A DNA stretch of 64,000 nt from Fibrobacteria bacterium (GTDB lineage: Bacteria; Fibrobacterota; Fibrobacteria; UBA11236): positions 1 to 64,000 of the forward strand of contig JAYTHY010000096.1 in NCBI GenBank assembly GCA_043732185.1, written 5' to 3'. A program made the translations under genes and the position numbers. The notes beneath the pieces are model-generated. The model did no database searches, was not told where the DNA came from, and saw only the letters and a program-made list of their open reading frames with translations. Positions 39,723 through 49,885 of the stretch are shown one piece after another; within the stretch, counting starts at the first letter, position 1, and every line of letters starts with the position of its first letter.

Positions 39723-40646
39723 TCATCGCACGTAAGCATATCCATCCACGCGCAGATCAACTGTCTTACCGGACTCAAGTTCAGCGGCTTGCTGATGCAA
39801 CATCGCTTGCAGGAATTCCAATGAATTCAACGACTTATTGCGGTAAAAACCATCGGCCTTTACCGGATTTAAAATCATCGAAGACGAAGAATCCATAGCC
39901 AGAAGTACTTTGAGCCGACCATCGCGCAAAATGATTTCCGCTTCTTGTCCGCCGCGTACCGTCACTTGGGAAAAGTTTGCGTAGAGGGTAGGATATTTCT
40001 GCTTGGCCACTTGTAGAAAAGCTCCCAAGATCGCTCGCCGTGCTGAATCTAATTTTGCAAATCCATCCACGACGGGTACATCCGATTCTCCCCAATCCAG
40101 TCCAGGTATACGCGTCCCATCCGCAGCCATGCCATACCATTCTCGCGCAAAGCCCATGGCCACGGGCGCCTTTTCAATGACACTTATCTCTATACGCGAC
40201 GGGTAGATACGCCGTATTTTAACCTCGCCTACACCGGGCAGGGACAGCAGTGCGTCTTTTGCTGCCGAGACCGGAACGGAAGGAAGTTTAGTCCCGAGTT
40301 CCAAACCTGCTTTCTCCAAAATCGCACTCTTGGCAAGCAAATGATTGCCAACTACATCAACTTGTCGCAGGACCAGAAATGCATTTTGATCGAAGGCGCG
40401 ATACGCCGCCCACCCTGCGGCGCCTAAACCGCCTGTTACGACTGCTAAGATTACCAAGGCCCGCACGGCTACAAAGGCACGACGCAACCACCCAACATGT
40501 CGAATACGGTGCTTGACGCGTCGGGCATCGTCCTCCTTTTTCGAGTTGGTACCTCGGCGGGGCGCAATAGCCGGCACGGTCCTAAGAGATCGTACTCCCT
40601 CTTTACCATTCCGTTCTGCGCGCTGTGAATTTCTGCCTTGCCTCAT
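39723..40646 (-). CDS. ftsQ: Cell division protein FtsQ
   Basis: Basic cytoplasmic N-terminus, TM helix, POTRA (VVGNHLL, VKIRRIYP..I.V.E), C-terminal VDLR; ATGA overlap with murC. Confidence 0.85.
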   Translation of the reverse strand: MRQGRNSQRAERNGKEGVRSLRTVPAIAPRRGTNSKKEDDARRVKHRIRHVGWLRRAFVAVRALVILAVVTGGLGAAGWAAYRAFDQNAFLVLRQVDVVGNHLLAKSAILEKAGLELGTKLPSVPVSAAKDALLSLPGVGEVKIRRIYPSRIEISVIEKAPVAMGFAREWYGMAADGTRIPGLDWGESDVPVVDGFAKLDSARRAILGAFLQVAKQKYPTLYANFSQVTVRGGQEAEIILRDGRLKVLLAMDSSSSMILNPVKADGFYRNKSLNSLEFLQAMLHQQAAELESGKTVDLRVDGYAYVR

Positions 40647-42031
40647 GCCCAAGCCTCCATGATAGCGCCACAACGTGAACCAATATCGCCGGCACCCATG
40701 GTGATGACACTATCGCCCGTTTTCAGTAAAGAAGAGATACGCATTGGCAGCATAGCCGGATCGGCAACATAGTGTACTTGCCCCCGAGATAAGTACTCGG
40801 CCTGCGCTGCATCGCTGATAAGATTCCCTTCTACTCCAGAAATTGCAGCTTCACGGGCCGAATAAACCTGAGTAACAAAAAGTAGGTCGCATGCCTTGAA
40901 GGCTTCGGCAAATTCCCGATAGAGTTGCTGGGTCCTGCTGTACAAATGAGGTTGGAAAACGGCTACTAGGCGACCGGTTCCCAATGTGCGCATCGCCTGC
41001 AACGCCGCAGCCACTTCCGTTGGATGATGGGCATAATCGTCATAAAATTGAACGCCACCCTTACTGCCCCGGAATTCCAAACGACGCTTTACACCCTGAT
41101 ACCCATTCAGGCCTTGTTCCACTTCCTCGAATGACAAACCTTCTTCCAAGGATAAAACCGCCGCTGCCATGGCATTGTAAGCATTATGTTGACCAGGCAC
41201 AGACAAACTGATTTCACCGAGCTGTACACCTTTGTATTCCAAGCCAAAAACCGAGCGCGCACCGACTGAACGCAAATTGACGGCCCGGTACTCGGCAGCG
41301 GGTGAAAATCCGTATGTGGCGAGGCGCATTCCAGGCCTTGTTAGCCGCGGTAAAATTGCAGCCACGCCCTCATCATCGGAATTTAGGACCAGCAATCCAT
41401 ACCAGGGAAGAGACTCGGCGAAGTGTACAAAGGCATCGCGCACCGCAGCCAAGTTGCCATAGCAATCGAGATGATCGGAGTCGATATTTCCAATGATGGC
41501 GGCGGTGGGCCGCATGGCAAGGAAAGACTTGTCGTATTCATCCGCCTCAAAAATGAACAAAGGGCCTGACCCTGCCACCGCAGATAAGTTTTCACCGCGT
41601 GTTGTTCCACCGGCAAGCAAGGTCGGATCCTTACCCGCTGTGCGCCAAATACGGCCCAACATTGTCGTTGTCGTAGTCTTACCATGGGTACCGGCCACGC
41701 CGAGGGAATATTTTCCACGCAAGGCTTCTCCCAGCATTTCTGCCCGCCTAATGGTTGGGATTCCCAGCTTTTTTGCTTCGACCCATTCCGGATTCTCAGC
41801 GGCAACGGCTGAGGAATAAACCACAGTATCGGCCATGCCCACATTGGCCGCGCGATGACCCACCTCCACGCGTATGCCCAGGCTCCTAAGGCGATCAACC
41901 GTCTCCCCGGCCTGTTGGTCGGAACCCGTCACTTCAAAACCCCAAGCAGTGAACACTTCCGCCATGGAACTCATGCCTGAGCCACCGATGCCGATAAAAT
42001 GGAGTTTGCTGAAGCGTAGACTAGGCCTCAT
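40643..42031 (-). CDS. murC: UDP-N-acetylmuramate-L-alanine ligase
   Basis: GIGGSGMS, GTHGKTTTT, EADEYD, DDYAHHPTE, FQPHLYSRT. Confidence 0.96.
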   Translation of the reverse strand: MRPSLRFSKLHFIGIGGSGMSSMAEVFTAWGFEVTGSDQQAGETVDRLRSLGIRVEVGHRAANVGMADTVVYSSAVAAENPEWVEAKKLGIPTIRRAEMLGEALRGKYSLGVAGTHGKTTTTTMLGRIWRTAGKDPTLLAGGTTRGENLSAVAGSGPLFIFEADEYDKSFLAMRPTAAIIGNIDSDHLDCYGNLAAVRDAFVHFAESLPWYGLLVLNSDDEGVAAILPRLTRPGMRLATYGFSPAAEYRAVNLRSVGARSVFGLEYKGVQLGEISLSVPGQHNAYNAMAAAVLSLEEGLSFEEVEQGLNGYQGVKRRLEFRGSKGGVQFYDDYAHHPTEVAAALQAMRTLGTGRLVAVFQPHLYSRTQQLYREFAEAFKACDLLFVTQVYSAREAAISGVEGNLISDAAQAEYLSRGQVHYVADPAMLPMRISSLLKTGDSVITMGAGDIGSRCGAIMEAWA

Positions 42032-43254
42032 GCTGCAACCTTTTCTCGACGGACGCGCGCGCTAGGACGCGACTTCGCGCTGGGACTCGACTTCGCACCG
42101 GGACGCGACTTTCCTGCTCCAGCCAAGAGCTGCCATTTCTTTGGATTGGTGCGCCACGATTCCGGGATCGATTCCAATGAGTGGCCGGAAATATTCAGCA
42201 ATACACCCATGGCAAACAAGCCCGCGCACAATGACGTGCCGCCATAGGACACGAACGGCAACGGTTGGCCGGTAGTAGGGAAAAACTTGGCACAAACACC
42301 GACATGCATAATCACGTTAACCGCTAAAGAGACGACTATGCCCAAGGCGGCTAAACTACCGAATCGATCGGGACAGTAATAGGAAACACGCATGCCTCGC
42401 CAGATGACCAAGGCAAACAAGGCCAAACAGAGGGTCGTACCCAGAAGACCCAATTCTTCGCCAAGAATGGAAAAAATGGTATCCGTAAATGGCATCGGCA
42501 AATATCCCAGCTTCTGCGTGCTGGTACCAAGTCCAGTTCCAAAAATTCCACCATTGCCTAGGCTTATCAATGCTTGCAGACTTTGATAGGAACTGGCGAG
42601 ATTTGTTTCGGGATTGATAAAAGCCATCACACGCTTCATCCGGTAGGGGCTGCTGACCATGAGAACGCCTAAGGCAGGTAAGGCAAAGGATCCAATAAAT
42701 AATAAATGGCGAATGCGGCAACCGGCGGCAAATACCATGGCTACGGCAATTGCCAAAACGGTAGCCGCCGTACTGTAATTCGGCTGTTTCAAGATGAGGA
42801 GAAAGGTGAATACAGCCATGGCTAGTGAAGCGATAAGCCCCTTCCAAAAAGAACCCATAATTTCTTCTTTGGCAGTCAGCAGTCGAGCCATGAAAAACAC
42901 CAAGGCAACCTTAGCCAATTCAGAAGGCTGTAGACCAAAACTTGCAATGCTAATCCAGCGACGCGCACCATGGGCGGCCAGGCCAAGTGTTACGACTATT
43001 ACGAGCAGGGCCAAGGCTAAAAACATCAAGGGCCTAGAAGCCTTCTCCCAAGTTTGATAGGGTACACTAAGCCCAATTAAAAAAGCCGCGAATCCAATGA
43101 TCACTTTCTTGATATGGTTTACGAGGTAATACGAGTCCGGAAAACCACGTGCCTGGGCAAATGCTGCAGAGGAACTGTAAATTATCACAATGCCAAAACC
43201 AACCAGGGCCAGCACCCCTAGAAGCAAAATCATATCAATGCGTAAGCTTTTCAT
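42028..43254 (-). CDS. ftsW: Peptidoglycan glycosyltransferase FtsW
   Basis: GARRWI, QPSELAK, GLGTSTQKLGYLP, TGQPLPFVSYGGTS. Confidence 0.95.
   Translation of the reverse strand: MKSLRIDMILLLGVLALVGFGIVIIYSSSAAFAQARGFPDSYYLVNHIKKVIIGFAAFLIGLSVPYQTWEKASRPLMFLALALLVIVVTLGLAAHGARRWISIASFGLQPSELAKVALVFFMARLLTAKEEIMGSFWKGLIASLAMAVFTFLLILKQPNYSTAATVLAIAVAMVFAAGCRIRHLLFIGSFALPALGVLMVSSPYRMKRVMAFINPETNLASSYQSLQALISLGNGGIFGTGLGTSTQKLGYLPMPFTDTIFSILGEELGLLGTTLCLALFALVIWRGMRVSYYCPDRFGSLAALGIVVSLAVNVIMHVGVCAKFFPTTGQPLPFVSYGGTSLCAGLFAMGVLLNISGHSLESIPESWRTNPKKWQLLAGAGKSRPGAKSSPSAKSRPSARVRREKVAA
42061..42114. repeat. 3 x 18-bp imperfect tandem repeat in the ftsW C-terminal tail
   Basis: gctaggacgcgacttcgc / gctgggactcgacttcgc / accgggacgcgactttcc, encoding GKSRPG-AKSSPS-AKSRPS. 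Confidence 0.8.
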
Positions 43255-43291
43255 TTATAAGCAACTAACCTCTCTACAGTGAAGTGTAGCC

Positions 43292-44695
43292 CTAGATTCT
43301 TTCTTCCCTGCGTAAGGCTCCGGCTTTAGCCTTGGCCTGCAAGAATTCATAAACTCTTTCCAGCTTCATTCCTCTTGATGCTTTAACCAATACCGCATCG
43401 CCGGGTTGCAAAAAATTCAAAAGTTCCTGGCTCATCAAATCGAAATCGGAAAAATGGCGCGCCCGTTCCCGCGGCAAACCCTTCTCGCGCGCACCGGCAT
43501 TGATATGCCGACTGAGATTTCCAAAGGTGAACAGCTCATCGACACCCATTTCAACCAAATAGGGTCCGATATCCTTGTGCAAGTTGGCGGATTCCTCACC
43601 TAATTCAAGCATATCTCCGATCACGGCAATCCTACGCCCCTTAACGTGTAAGCTACCCAATGTGGACAATGCGGATCGCAACGAGGACGGATTCGCATTG
43701 TAACAATCATCGAGTACAGTTAAACCCGGAAGTTTCTTGACTTGCATGCGGTTTTTACTTGCCATAAAGCCTCGTAAAGCACTGGCTATCAAGGCTTTGG
43801 GTAGGCGCAATTGACTAGCTACAGCAATGGCAGCCAAGGCGTTGTATACATTGTGGCGGCCCGGTACTTGCAATTGAAATAACGTACGGCCGATCTTGAA
43901 AGATGCGCAGCCGTCTGGGCCAAAAGCGAGATCGGTGGGTCGAATTTGTCCAAAATCAATTCCATAGGTAACTAGCTTGTAACGGGAATTTCCTTTGACC
44001 TGCGCCAATAAGGGATCATCCACGTTTAGAAAAAGTGTGCCCTTTCCTTGAAAGCCCTTGGTAATCGCCAACTTTTCAATTCGGACATTTTCCTTTGATC
44101 CAAAATGCTCCAAATGGCTGTACCCAATATTAGTGATGACGCCGAATGAAGGACGAGTGGCTTCCGAGAGCGGTCCTATTTCACCGGGGTGGTTGGTACC
44201 CATTTCAATAACCGCATATCGGTGCGAATGCTTCAATTCAAACAGTGTCAATGGCACACCCACTTGATTGTTGAAATTGCCTTGCGTAGACACCGTGGGC
44301 CCTGCTTTGGCCAGAATCTGCGCGAGCATATCCTTGGTCGTGGTCTTGCCGTTGGATCCTGTGATGGCGATTTTAGGAATGCGAAATTTATTGGCATACT
44401 CCCGAGCCAAGTGCAATAAGGCTGCATTGGTATCCCCAACTGGAACATACACGTTGACGGCTTGACCATTCTGTTTCAACCATTGTTCATCTACCACGGC
44501 TGCACACCCTCCCTGGGTAAAAACTTTATTTGCAAATGCATGTCCATCGAAATTCTCGCCCTTGAGGGCCCAAAATACCTGACCACGTTTAAGCGCCCGG
44601 GAGTCCGTGCACAGGCGAACCGTCTTTACCGACCGGGCCGGGCCAACAATCTTAGTGCCTAGCATTTTGGCCATTTCGTTCAAACTAAGCTCCAC
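43292..44695 (-). CDS. murF: UDP-MurNAc-tripeptide D-Ala-D-Ala ligase
   Basis: TDSR, ITGSNGKTTTK, EMGTNHPGEI, DCYNANP, GDMLELG, KASRGMKLE; likely GTG start at 44695 with GGGAG SD. Confidence 0.95.
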   Translation of the reverse strand: MELSLNEMAKMLGTKIVGPARSVKTVRLCTDSRALKRGQVFWALKGENFDGHAFANKVFTQGGCAAVVDEQWLKQNGQAVNVYVPVGDTNAALLHLAREYANKFRIPKIAITGSNGKTTTKDMLAQILAKAGPTVSTQGNFNNQVGVPLTLFELKHSHRYAVIEMGTNHPGEIGPLSEATRPSFGVITNIGYSHLEHFGSKENVRIEKLAITKGFQGKGTLFLNVDDPLLAQVKGNSRYKLVTYGIDFGQIRPTDLAFGPDGCASFKIGRTLFQLQVPGRHNVYNALAAIAVASQLRLPKALIASALRGFMASKNRMQVKKLPGLTVLDDCYNANPSSLRSALSTLGSLHVKGRRIAVIGDMLELGEESANLHKDIGPYLVEMGVDELFTFGNLSRHINAGAREKGLPRERARHFSDFDLMSQELLNFLQPGDAVLVKASRGMKLERVYEFLQAKAKAGALRREERI

Positions 44696-46211
44696 GTTCG
44701 CTCCCTGTGGACTGCTCGGCCACCCAGGCAAGGATTTCTTCTTGATCGCTAAAATGCTGTTTGATCCGGCCAATAATCTGGTAGTCTTCATGGCCTTTTC
44801 CGGCAATCAATAGGCAATCCCCGGATACGACGGATGCCAGAGCTTGGTTGATAGCCTCGCGACGGTCAGCGATAACATTAAACCGAGACGGATCTTTTAC
44901 CCCTGAAAGGATTTCCTTCAAAATGGTCCCAGGTTCTTCGGATCGAGGATTATCGCTGGTTAAATAGACGCGGTCTGCAGATGCCTCGGCGATGCCACCC
45001 ATAAGTGGACGTTTGGTTCGATCTCGATCTCCGCCACATCCGAAAACACACACCAATTTTCCCGATGTCAAAGGCTTGAGACTGGCTAGTACCCGCTGGA
45101 GTGCATCGGGAGTGTGCGCATAGTCCACAACCGCAAACGCACCATTGGGCAGATTGAAAACCTGATTGCGGCCCAATACGGTAATTTCCGCCAGACCCTG
45201 TGCAATGATATTTGCATCCAAGTCCAGCGAGAAGCCCAAGGTCACGGCCGCCAGCAGGTTTTCCAAATTGATTATTCCGACAAGCCGGGAGTTGAATCGA
45301 TACGTTTCGCCCCTATATTCCACCGCGAAATCCGTACCCGTCAATGTAAGACGACTGTCGATAAGCATCACATCAGCTTTTTCTTCACCTCTGGAAAAAG
45401 TCAACTTTGGACCTAAAAATTCCCTGCCTAATCGAATGCCGTATTCCGAATCCATGTTGAGGATGGCCATCCCGGAAACGGCCAAGATATTAGACTTTTG
45501 GGAAGGACGCAGGTATTCGGTGAAAAGCCGTTTTTTAGCCTGGTAATATTCCTCGAAATCCTTATGGTAATCCATGTGGTCGCGGGTCAAGTTTGTAAAG
45601 ATGGCCCTGGTAAAATCCACTCCACGAATTCTATCCTGACTGAGTGCGTGGGAAGACATTTCCATCACCAAAGCCGTACATCCCTCATCGGCCCCTTTGC
45701 GCAACAGCCCAAAGAATGCATCAGGACTGGGCGTCGTCAACTCAGATGGGATGGCAATTCCATCGATTTCATAGTCAATGGTGCCTAATGAAATAACTTT
45801 GCGGCCCGCAGCCCGCAGGATTCCGGTCACCAATTTGGTTACTGTGGATTTGCCGTTTGTTCCAGTTACTGCTACGCTGAGCATGCCATCGGCCGGACGT
45901 CCATTGTGAACACTTAATAGTGTTCCAACTCGGGCCCGTAAGCCTGGATAGGAAATTATTTGTGCTCCAGGACCAGGTTCAGTGGTTCCATCCAGCGCCG
46001 GATGCGTGTTCCCTTCAGTCAGGATTGCGACGGCCCCGTGGGAAATGGCATCACTTACATATTTGGATCCATCATCCTGCGCACCTTTAAGAGCCAAAAA
46101 AAGATCGCCGCGGGTTACCTTGCGGGAGTCCAAGCATACGGAATGGATTTCCGGATCCGCCTGGAATTGGACCGATACGCCCGCTTCACGCAGCAATTCA
46201 GAGAGCCGCAT
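44685..46211 (-). CDS. murE: UDP-MurNAc-dipeptide meso-DAP ligase
   Basis: TGTNGKST, EMSSH, DYAHTPDAL, DNPR (meso-DAP specificity), AGKGHE. Confidence 0.96.
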   Translation of the reverse strand: MRLSELLREAGVSVQFQADPEIHSVCLDSRKVTRGDLFLALKGAQDDGSKYVSDAISHGAVAILTEGNTHPALDGTTEPGPGAQIISYPGLRARVGTLLSVHNGRPADGMLSVAVTGTNGKSTVTKLVTGILRAAGRKVISLGTIDYEIDGIAIPSELTTPSPDAFFGLLRKGADEGCTALVMEMSSHALSQDRIRGVDFTRAIFTNLTRDHMDYHKDFEEYYQAKKRLFTEYLRPSQKSNILAVSGMAILNMDSEYGIRLGREFLGPKLTFSRGEEKADVMLIDSRLTLTGTDFAVEYRGETYRFNSRLVGIINLENLLAAVTLGFSLDLDANIIAQGLAEITVLGRNQVFNLPNGAFAVVDYAHTPDALQRVLASLKPLTSGKLVCVFGCGGDRDRTKRPLMGGIAEASADRVYLTSDNPRSEEPGTILKEILSGVKDPSRFNVIADRREAINQALASVVSGDCLLIAGKGHEDYQIIGRIKQHFSDQEEILAWVAEQSTGSERGA

Positions 46212-46212
46212 A

Positions 46213-48114
46213 TCAGCCCACCCAACCTAAAGTAAGCTGGCATTTTTCGCCCTGGCGGATGGGAGTTCCACTGGCCGGTTCTTGATGAATAATCCTGCCA
46301 TTGCCCGTGTACTCCACTTCCACCCCTAGGTCCTTGAGTTTTAGCATGGCATCCCGCAAGGTTTTATTGGTCAAGTCCGGCATCACTCTAGTATTCAAAA
46401 ATCCCAAGGACAGGGTTACAGTTTGACCAGCTGCCACCCTAGTGCCTGGCAAGGGAGCTTGGCCGACAACCATGTCGCCATTGCCTTGAGTTTGCACCAC
46501 ATGCCGATTGTTGGAGAGGAGCTTAGTCGCATCGACGATACGGTAACCTTGAAGATCCGGCACTAGAATGGAATCACCCGCAATTTGCAAGGATTTTTTG
46601 GCTTTCTGCGCCAAAGGATAATCCGGATTCGCCAGCAATCTATCCACTATTTCACGAAAAATGGGTGCGGCGCTTTGGCCTCCATATTTCAGCTGCGAAG
46701 GTTCATCCACTACAACAAGACAAACCAATTCGGGGTGATCCACTGGGGCCATGCCTATAAAAGAGGAGTTGAACAATCCATGCACATAATGGCCAGTGAC
46801 CGGGTCAATTTTTTCCGCCGTGCCGGTTTTTCCAGCTAGCGTTATACGATCCGTACGAATATCAGCAGCAGTTCCATATTCCACAACTGCGGTCAGCATG
46901 GATTTAACCACGGTTGCCGTGCTTTCGGACATAACTCGGCGAACGGTTTTAGGCTGAACCTCCTCTACAGTGTGACCGGCCGCATCCGACCAGCCTCTCA
47001 CCATGCGGGGCCTCATTAACAGTCCACCGTTAGCAATTGCCGAAAAAGCCATGGCCACTTGAATCGGTGTCGCGGAAATTTCATGACCAAAAGCAATTGT
47101 CATTTGGGTCCGGTTACTCCATTCCTCCACGGATTTGAGCGCACCACTTTCTTCCGCCGGCAAGCCAACGCCGGACTTCATCCCAAATCCAAACGAACGA
47201 ATGTACTTGTAAAAGGTTTCGGCCTTGAGGCGGGTCGAAGCTTTGGCAAAACAGATATTGCTGGAATAGGCCATAGCATCGGTGAAACTGATTCGTCCCC
47301 TGGGGTGTGTGTCCTTGATGGTTTGATTAGCCAACTGATACACCCCGTTCTCACCATCCAGCGTATCCTGCGTGCGTATCAACTTTTCTTCCAGTAAAGC
47401 GGTTGCGGTAATAGCCTTGAAGGTGGATCCGGGCTCGTACACTTTAACTACGGCCTGATTTTTCCAGGCATCCTTATCTTCCCCATCGCGGGTATTGGGG
47501 TTGTAAAAGGGATAGTTGGCCATGGCAAGAATATCGCCGGAGTAGGGTTCGACAACGATGGCAATGCCCTGTTTCGCTCCCGATTTTTTGACACCGCGTT
47601 CCAGGGCCAACTCGACAATTTCCTGCAGTTTGGAATCTAGTGTCAAAACCACGTTCATCCCATTGATGGCGTCTTCACGCCGCTCGCCGAAACCTGGATA
47701 ATAATGGTTTTTTACATCATGGCGAATATATTTCCAACCATCGGTGCCACGCAATTCTCGGTCCAGAAAGTATTCCAAACCCAACTGGCCATAACCGTCC
47801 TTACCAACTGTTCCCAGCACCTGCCCCGCCAAAGAGCCTTGCGGACAGACTCGATTGAGCTTGCGTATGCGCGCGCTGACGCTACCGGTTCCGGATTCCA
47901 ATTCGACTTCCGCATTCACAACCAACTTTTTAAAATCGCGATCCAGAATCTCACCTCGCTTCGGCGCAACCACATTTCTTTGGATGCTTTGCGAGTAGGC
48001 CATGGCCTGGTAGTAGCCGGACTTGACAACTTGGACATACGCGACTCGCAGCAGCATGCCCAACCATGCCAGCGCCAGAAAAAAACCCAGCGTCAAAATT
48101 CTTTTGTTCGCCAT
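46213..48114 (-). CDS. ftsI: Class B PBP FtsI with two C-terminal PASTA domains
   Basis: EPGSTFK (SxxK), YSSN, GKTGT; PASTA-like VPDLQG and MPDLTN. Confidence 0.93.
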   Translation of the reverse strand: MANKRILTLGFFLALAWLGMLLRVAYVQVVKSGYYQAMAYSQSIQRNVVAPKRGEILDRDFKKLVVNAEVELESGTGSVSARIRKLNRVCPQGSLAGQVLGTVGKDGYGQLGLEYFLDRELRGTDGWKYIRHDVKNHYYPGFGERREDAINGMNVVLTLDSKLQEIVELALERGVKKSGAKQGIAIVVEPYSGDILAMANYPFYNPNTRDGEDKDAWKNQAVVKVYEPGSTFKAITATALLEEKLIRTQDTLDGENGVYQLANQTIKDTHPRGRISFTDAMAYSSNICFAKASTRLKAETFYKYIRSFGFGMKSGVGLPAEESGALKSVEEWSNRTQMTIAFGHEISATPIQVAMAFSAIANGGLLMRPRMVRGWSDAAGHTVEEVQPKTVRRVMSESTATVVKSMLTAVVEYGTAADIRTDRITLAGKTGTAEKIDPVTGHYVHGLFNSSFIGMAPVDHPELVCLVVVDEPSQLKYGGQSAAPIFREIVDRLLANPDYPLAQKAKKSLQIAGDSILVPDLQGYRIVDATKLLSNNRHVVQTQGNGDMVVGQAPLPGTRVAAGQTVTLSLGFLNTRVMPDLTNKTLRDAMLKLKDLGVEVEYTGNGRIIHQEPASGTPIRQGEKCQLTLGWVG

Positions 48115-48428
48115 GCCACCTTCCCGGCTTGCGGGCCATGCTGCTCCACAATCCCCTTGTCTTCGGGATAGACAAGTATGGGGGTGTTTCCGTATTCCAA
48201 TCCGAATCGTCCTTTGGCTAAGGTTTCAATGCGAGACGGCTTCTTGAGACTGCCTACTTCAACTTCCAAGAGCGCGATATCATTCAGCAATTGCAGCTTG
48301 GCCTTGCCGATTTTAATGGTTGCCATGGAAAGGCGCACCCAGGTGTTTTGCTTATACACATGGGCAACAAGAACACCAGCGCAACATAGGACCAGAAAAA
48401 ATATTCCGATTATTCCCCTAAGCTTCAC
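48093..48428 (-). CDS. ftsL: Cell division protein FtsL
   Basis: TM helix plus leucine zipper and LKKPSRIETLAK; lies between rsmH and ftsI. Confidence 0.85.
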   Translation of the reverse strand: MKLRGIIGIFFLVLCCAGVLVAHVYKQNTWVRLSMATIKIGKAKLQLLNDIALLEVEVGSLKKPSRIETLAKGRFGLEYGNTPILVYPEDKGIVEQHGPQAGKVAWRTKEF

Positions 48429-49384
48429 GGCGTGCCAACCCTTTCCGCCACGCGGAGCTTTGCGCTGCGCGCCCGTGGATTTCGATCGCGTTCCGCTTGA
48501 CTGGGCAACTCAGGTTTGCGTAACACTTTTTGCAACTTCCGATTGGAGCCGCCGCACATACAGACTGGAAGATTGGACGCGCACAGACAATCCTTTTCGA
48601 ATCCTGCCAAGGTTTCCTTGACCTTGCGATCTTCCACGGAGTGATAACTAAGTACGCAGAGACGGCCACCGGGAGCCAGCGCACGCACAGCTGCTTTTAA
48701 TCCCGCCTCCACCTGCCCCATTTCGTCGTTGACTTCCATGCGAATGGCTTGAAACACCCGTGCCAATAGACTGTTCCGATTGTCCCCGTGTATGCCGGGA
48801 AGCTGATCCACGGCCTTCCGAATCAAGTCACTGGTCAACTCCGCTCCAGCTTCAATTTCGGAAACCAAGGTCCGGGCTAGACGACGTGCCTGATCGATGT
48901 CGGCATTGCGTCGAAGAATACTGGACAATTCCCATTCATCCCAGTTTTTAAGTAAATCACCCGCATCGGGTCCTTGGCTACCCATCCGCATATCCAGCGG
49001 CGTTCCAGCCATATACGAGAATCCACGCGCCTTGGCATCAAGCTGCCGGGAACTGACGCCGAGATCAAAAAGTGCCCCGCTCAAACTACCCTGGGAACAA
49101 AATTCACCCAATCGGGAAAACTCCGATTGCTCAATGCGCATACGGCTGTCCTGAGAAAATATTCCACGCGATATTTCCACGGCTTCGGAATCCCTATCCA
49201 ATCCAAGCAGTCGGCCTTGGGAACCTAGCGACGCTAAAATCCTGGTGGAATGGCCACCACCACCCAAAGTGGCGTCCAAGTAAAGTCCTTCCGGATTGAG
49301 GACCATATACTTTGTGACTTCATCGGCCATGACGGGCGTATGGTAGCCATGCCCGCCACGAACCGGTTTTTGCTGCGCGTCCAT
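48425..49384 (-). CDS. rsmH: 16S rRNA m4C1402 methyltransferase
   Basis: HTPVM, DATLGGGGH, DLGVSS, FQAIRMEVN, YHSVEDR, NPRARSAKLR. Confidence 0.97.
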   Translation of the reverse strand: MDAQQKPVRGGHGYHTPVMADEVTKYMVLNPEGLYLDATLGGGGHSTRILASLGSQGRLLGLDRDSEAVEISRGIFSQDSRMRIEQSEFSRLGEFCSQGSLSGALFDLGVSSRQLDAKARGFSYMAGTPLDMRMGSQGPDAGDLLKNWDEWELSSILRRNADIDQARRLARTLVSEIEAGAELTSDLIRKAVDQLPGIHGDNRNSLLARVFQAIRMEVNDEMGQVEAGLKAAVRALAPGGRLCVLSYHSVEDRKVKETLAGFEKDCLCASNLPVCMCGGSNRKLQKVLRKPELPSQAERDRNPRARSAKLRVAERVGTP

Positions 49385-49845
49385 TAGAACCAGTTCTCAA
49401 ATTTCTTTTCATCATCCTGCGAGACAACTTCAATTTCCTTCAAGAATTTTTCAGGGGCCCAAAGTCTTACGCGTTTGCCATCTCCAACAAAAGTCACTTC
49501 GGATTTGATTCCGCTATAGGCCATTTGCTCTGCTGTCAAAGTGATTCGATTCTGGCCGTCCAATACCGAAAGCTTTGCCATGGAAGTAATGCGCATACGG
49601 AACTTGGAAACATCTGGACCGCGGCCAAGGCTTTCCAAATATTGAATGTACGCGTTCCATTCATTCAGCGGATAAAGTGCCAACGTGTGGCCTTCTCCAA
49701 TGGTTACGATGACCTGGCCGCCCGCCTCTTCCCGCAAAATTTTTCGAAAGTCTTTGGGAAAATTCGTCCGGCCGGTGAGGTCGATCGCCACCGTCGCTTT
49801 CCCAATGAAAGACTCTAATTTGATGGTATTTGAGATGTTAGCCAT
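49384..49845 (-). CDS. mraZ: Transcriptional regulator MraZ
   Basis: Two AbrB-like repeats (DLTGR, DGQNRI); first gene of the dcw cluster. Confidence 0.9.
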   Translation of the reverse strand: MANISNTIKLESFIGKATVAIDLTGRTNFPKDFRKILREEAGGQVIVTIGEGHTLALYPLNEWNAYIQYLESLGRGPDVSKFRMRITSMAKLSVLDGQNRITLTAEQMAYSGIKSEVTFVGDGKRVRLWAPEKFLKEIEVVSQDDEKKFENWF

Positions 49846-49885
49846 TGTAAACCAATTTTACCCAAAATCTACCATTATTACCCGG
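49841..49885 (-). promoter_or_regulatory. MraZ-binding direct repeats (10-bp period)
   Basis: Minus strand reads CGGGTAATAA-TGGTAGATTT-TGGGTAAAAT-TGGTTTACAA-TGG, placing (T/C)GG every 10 nt just upstream of and over the mraZ start. Confidence 0.7.

Noticed and set aside
44685..44806. Long murE/murF overlap suggesting a fusion or frameshift
   Set aside because: Using GTG 44695 with its GGGAG SD reduces this to an ordinary 11-nt coupled overlap.
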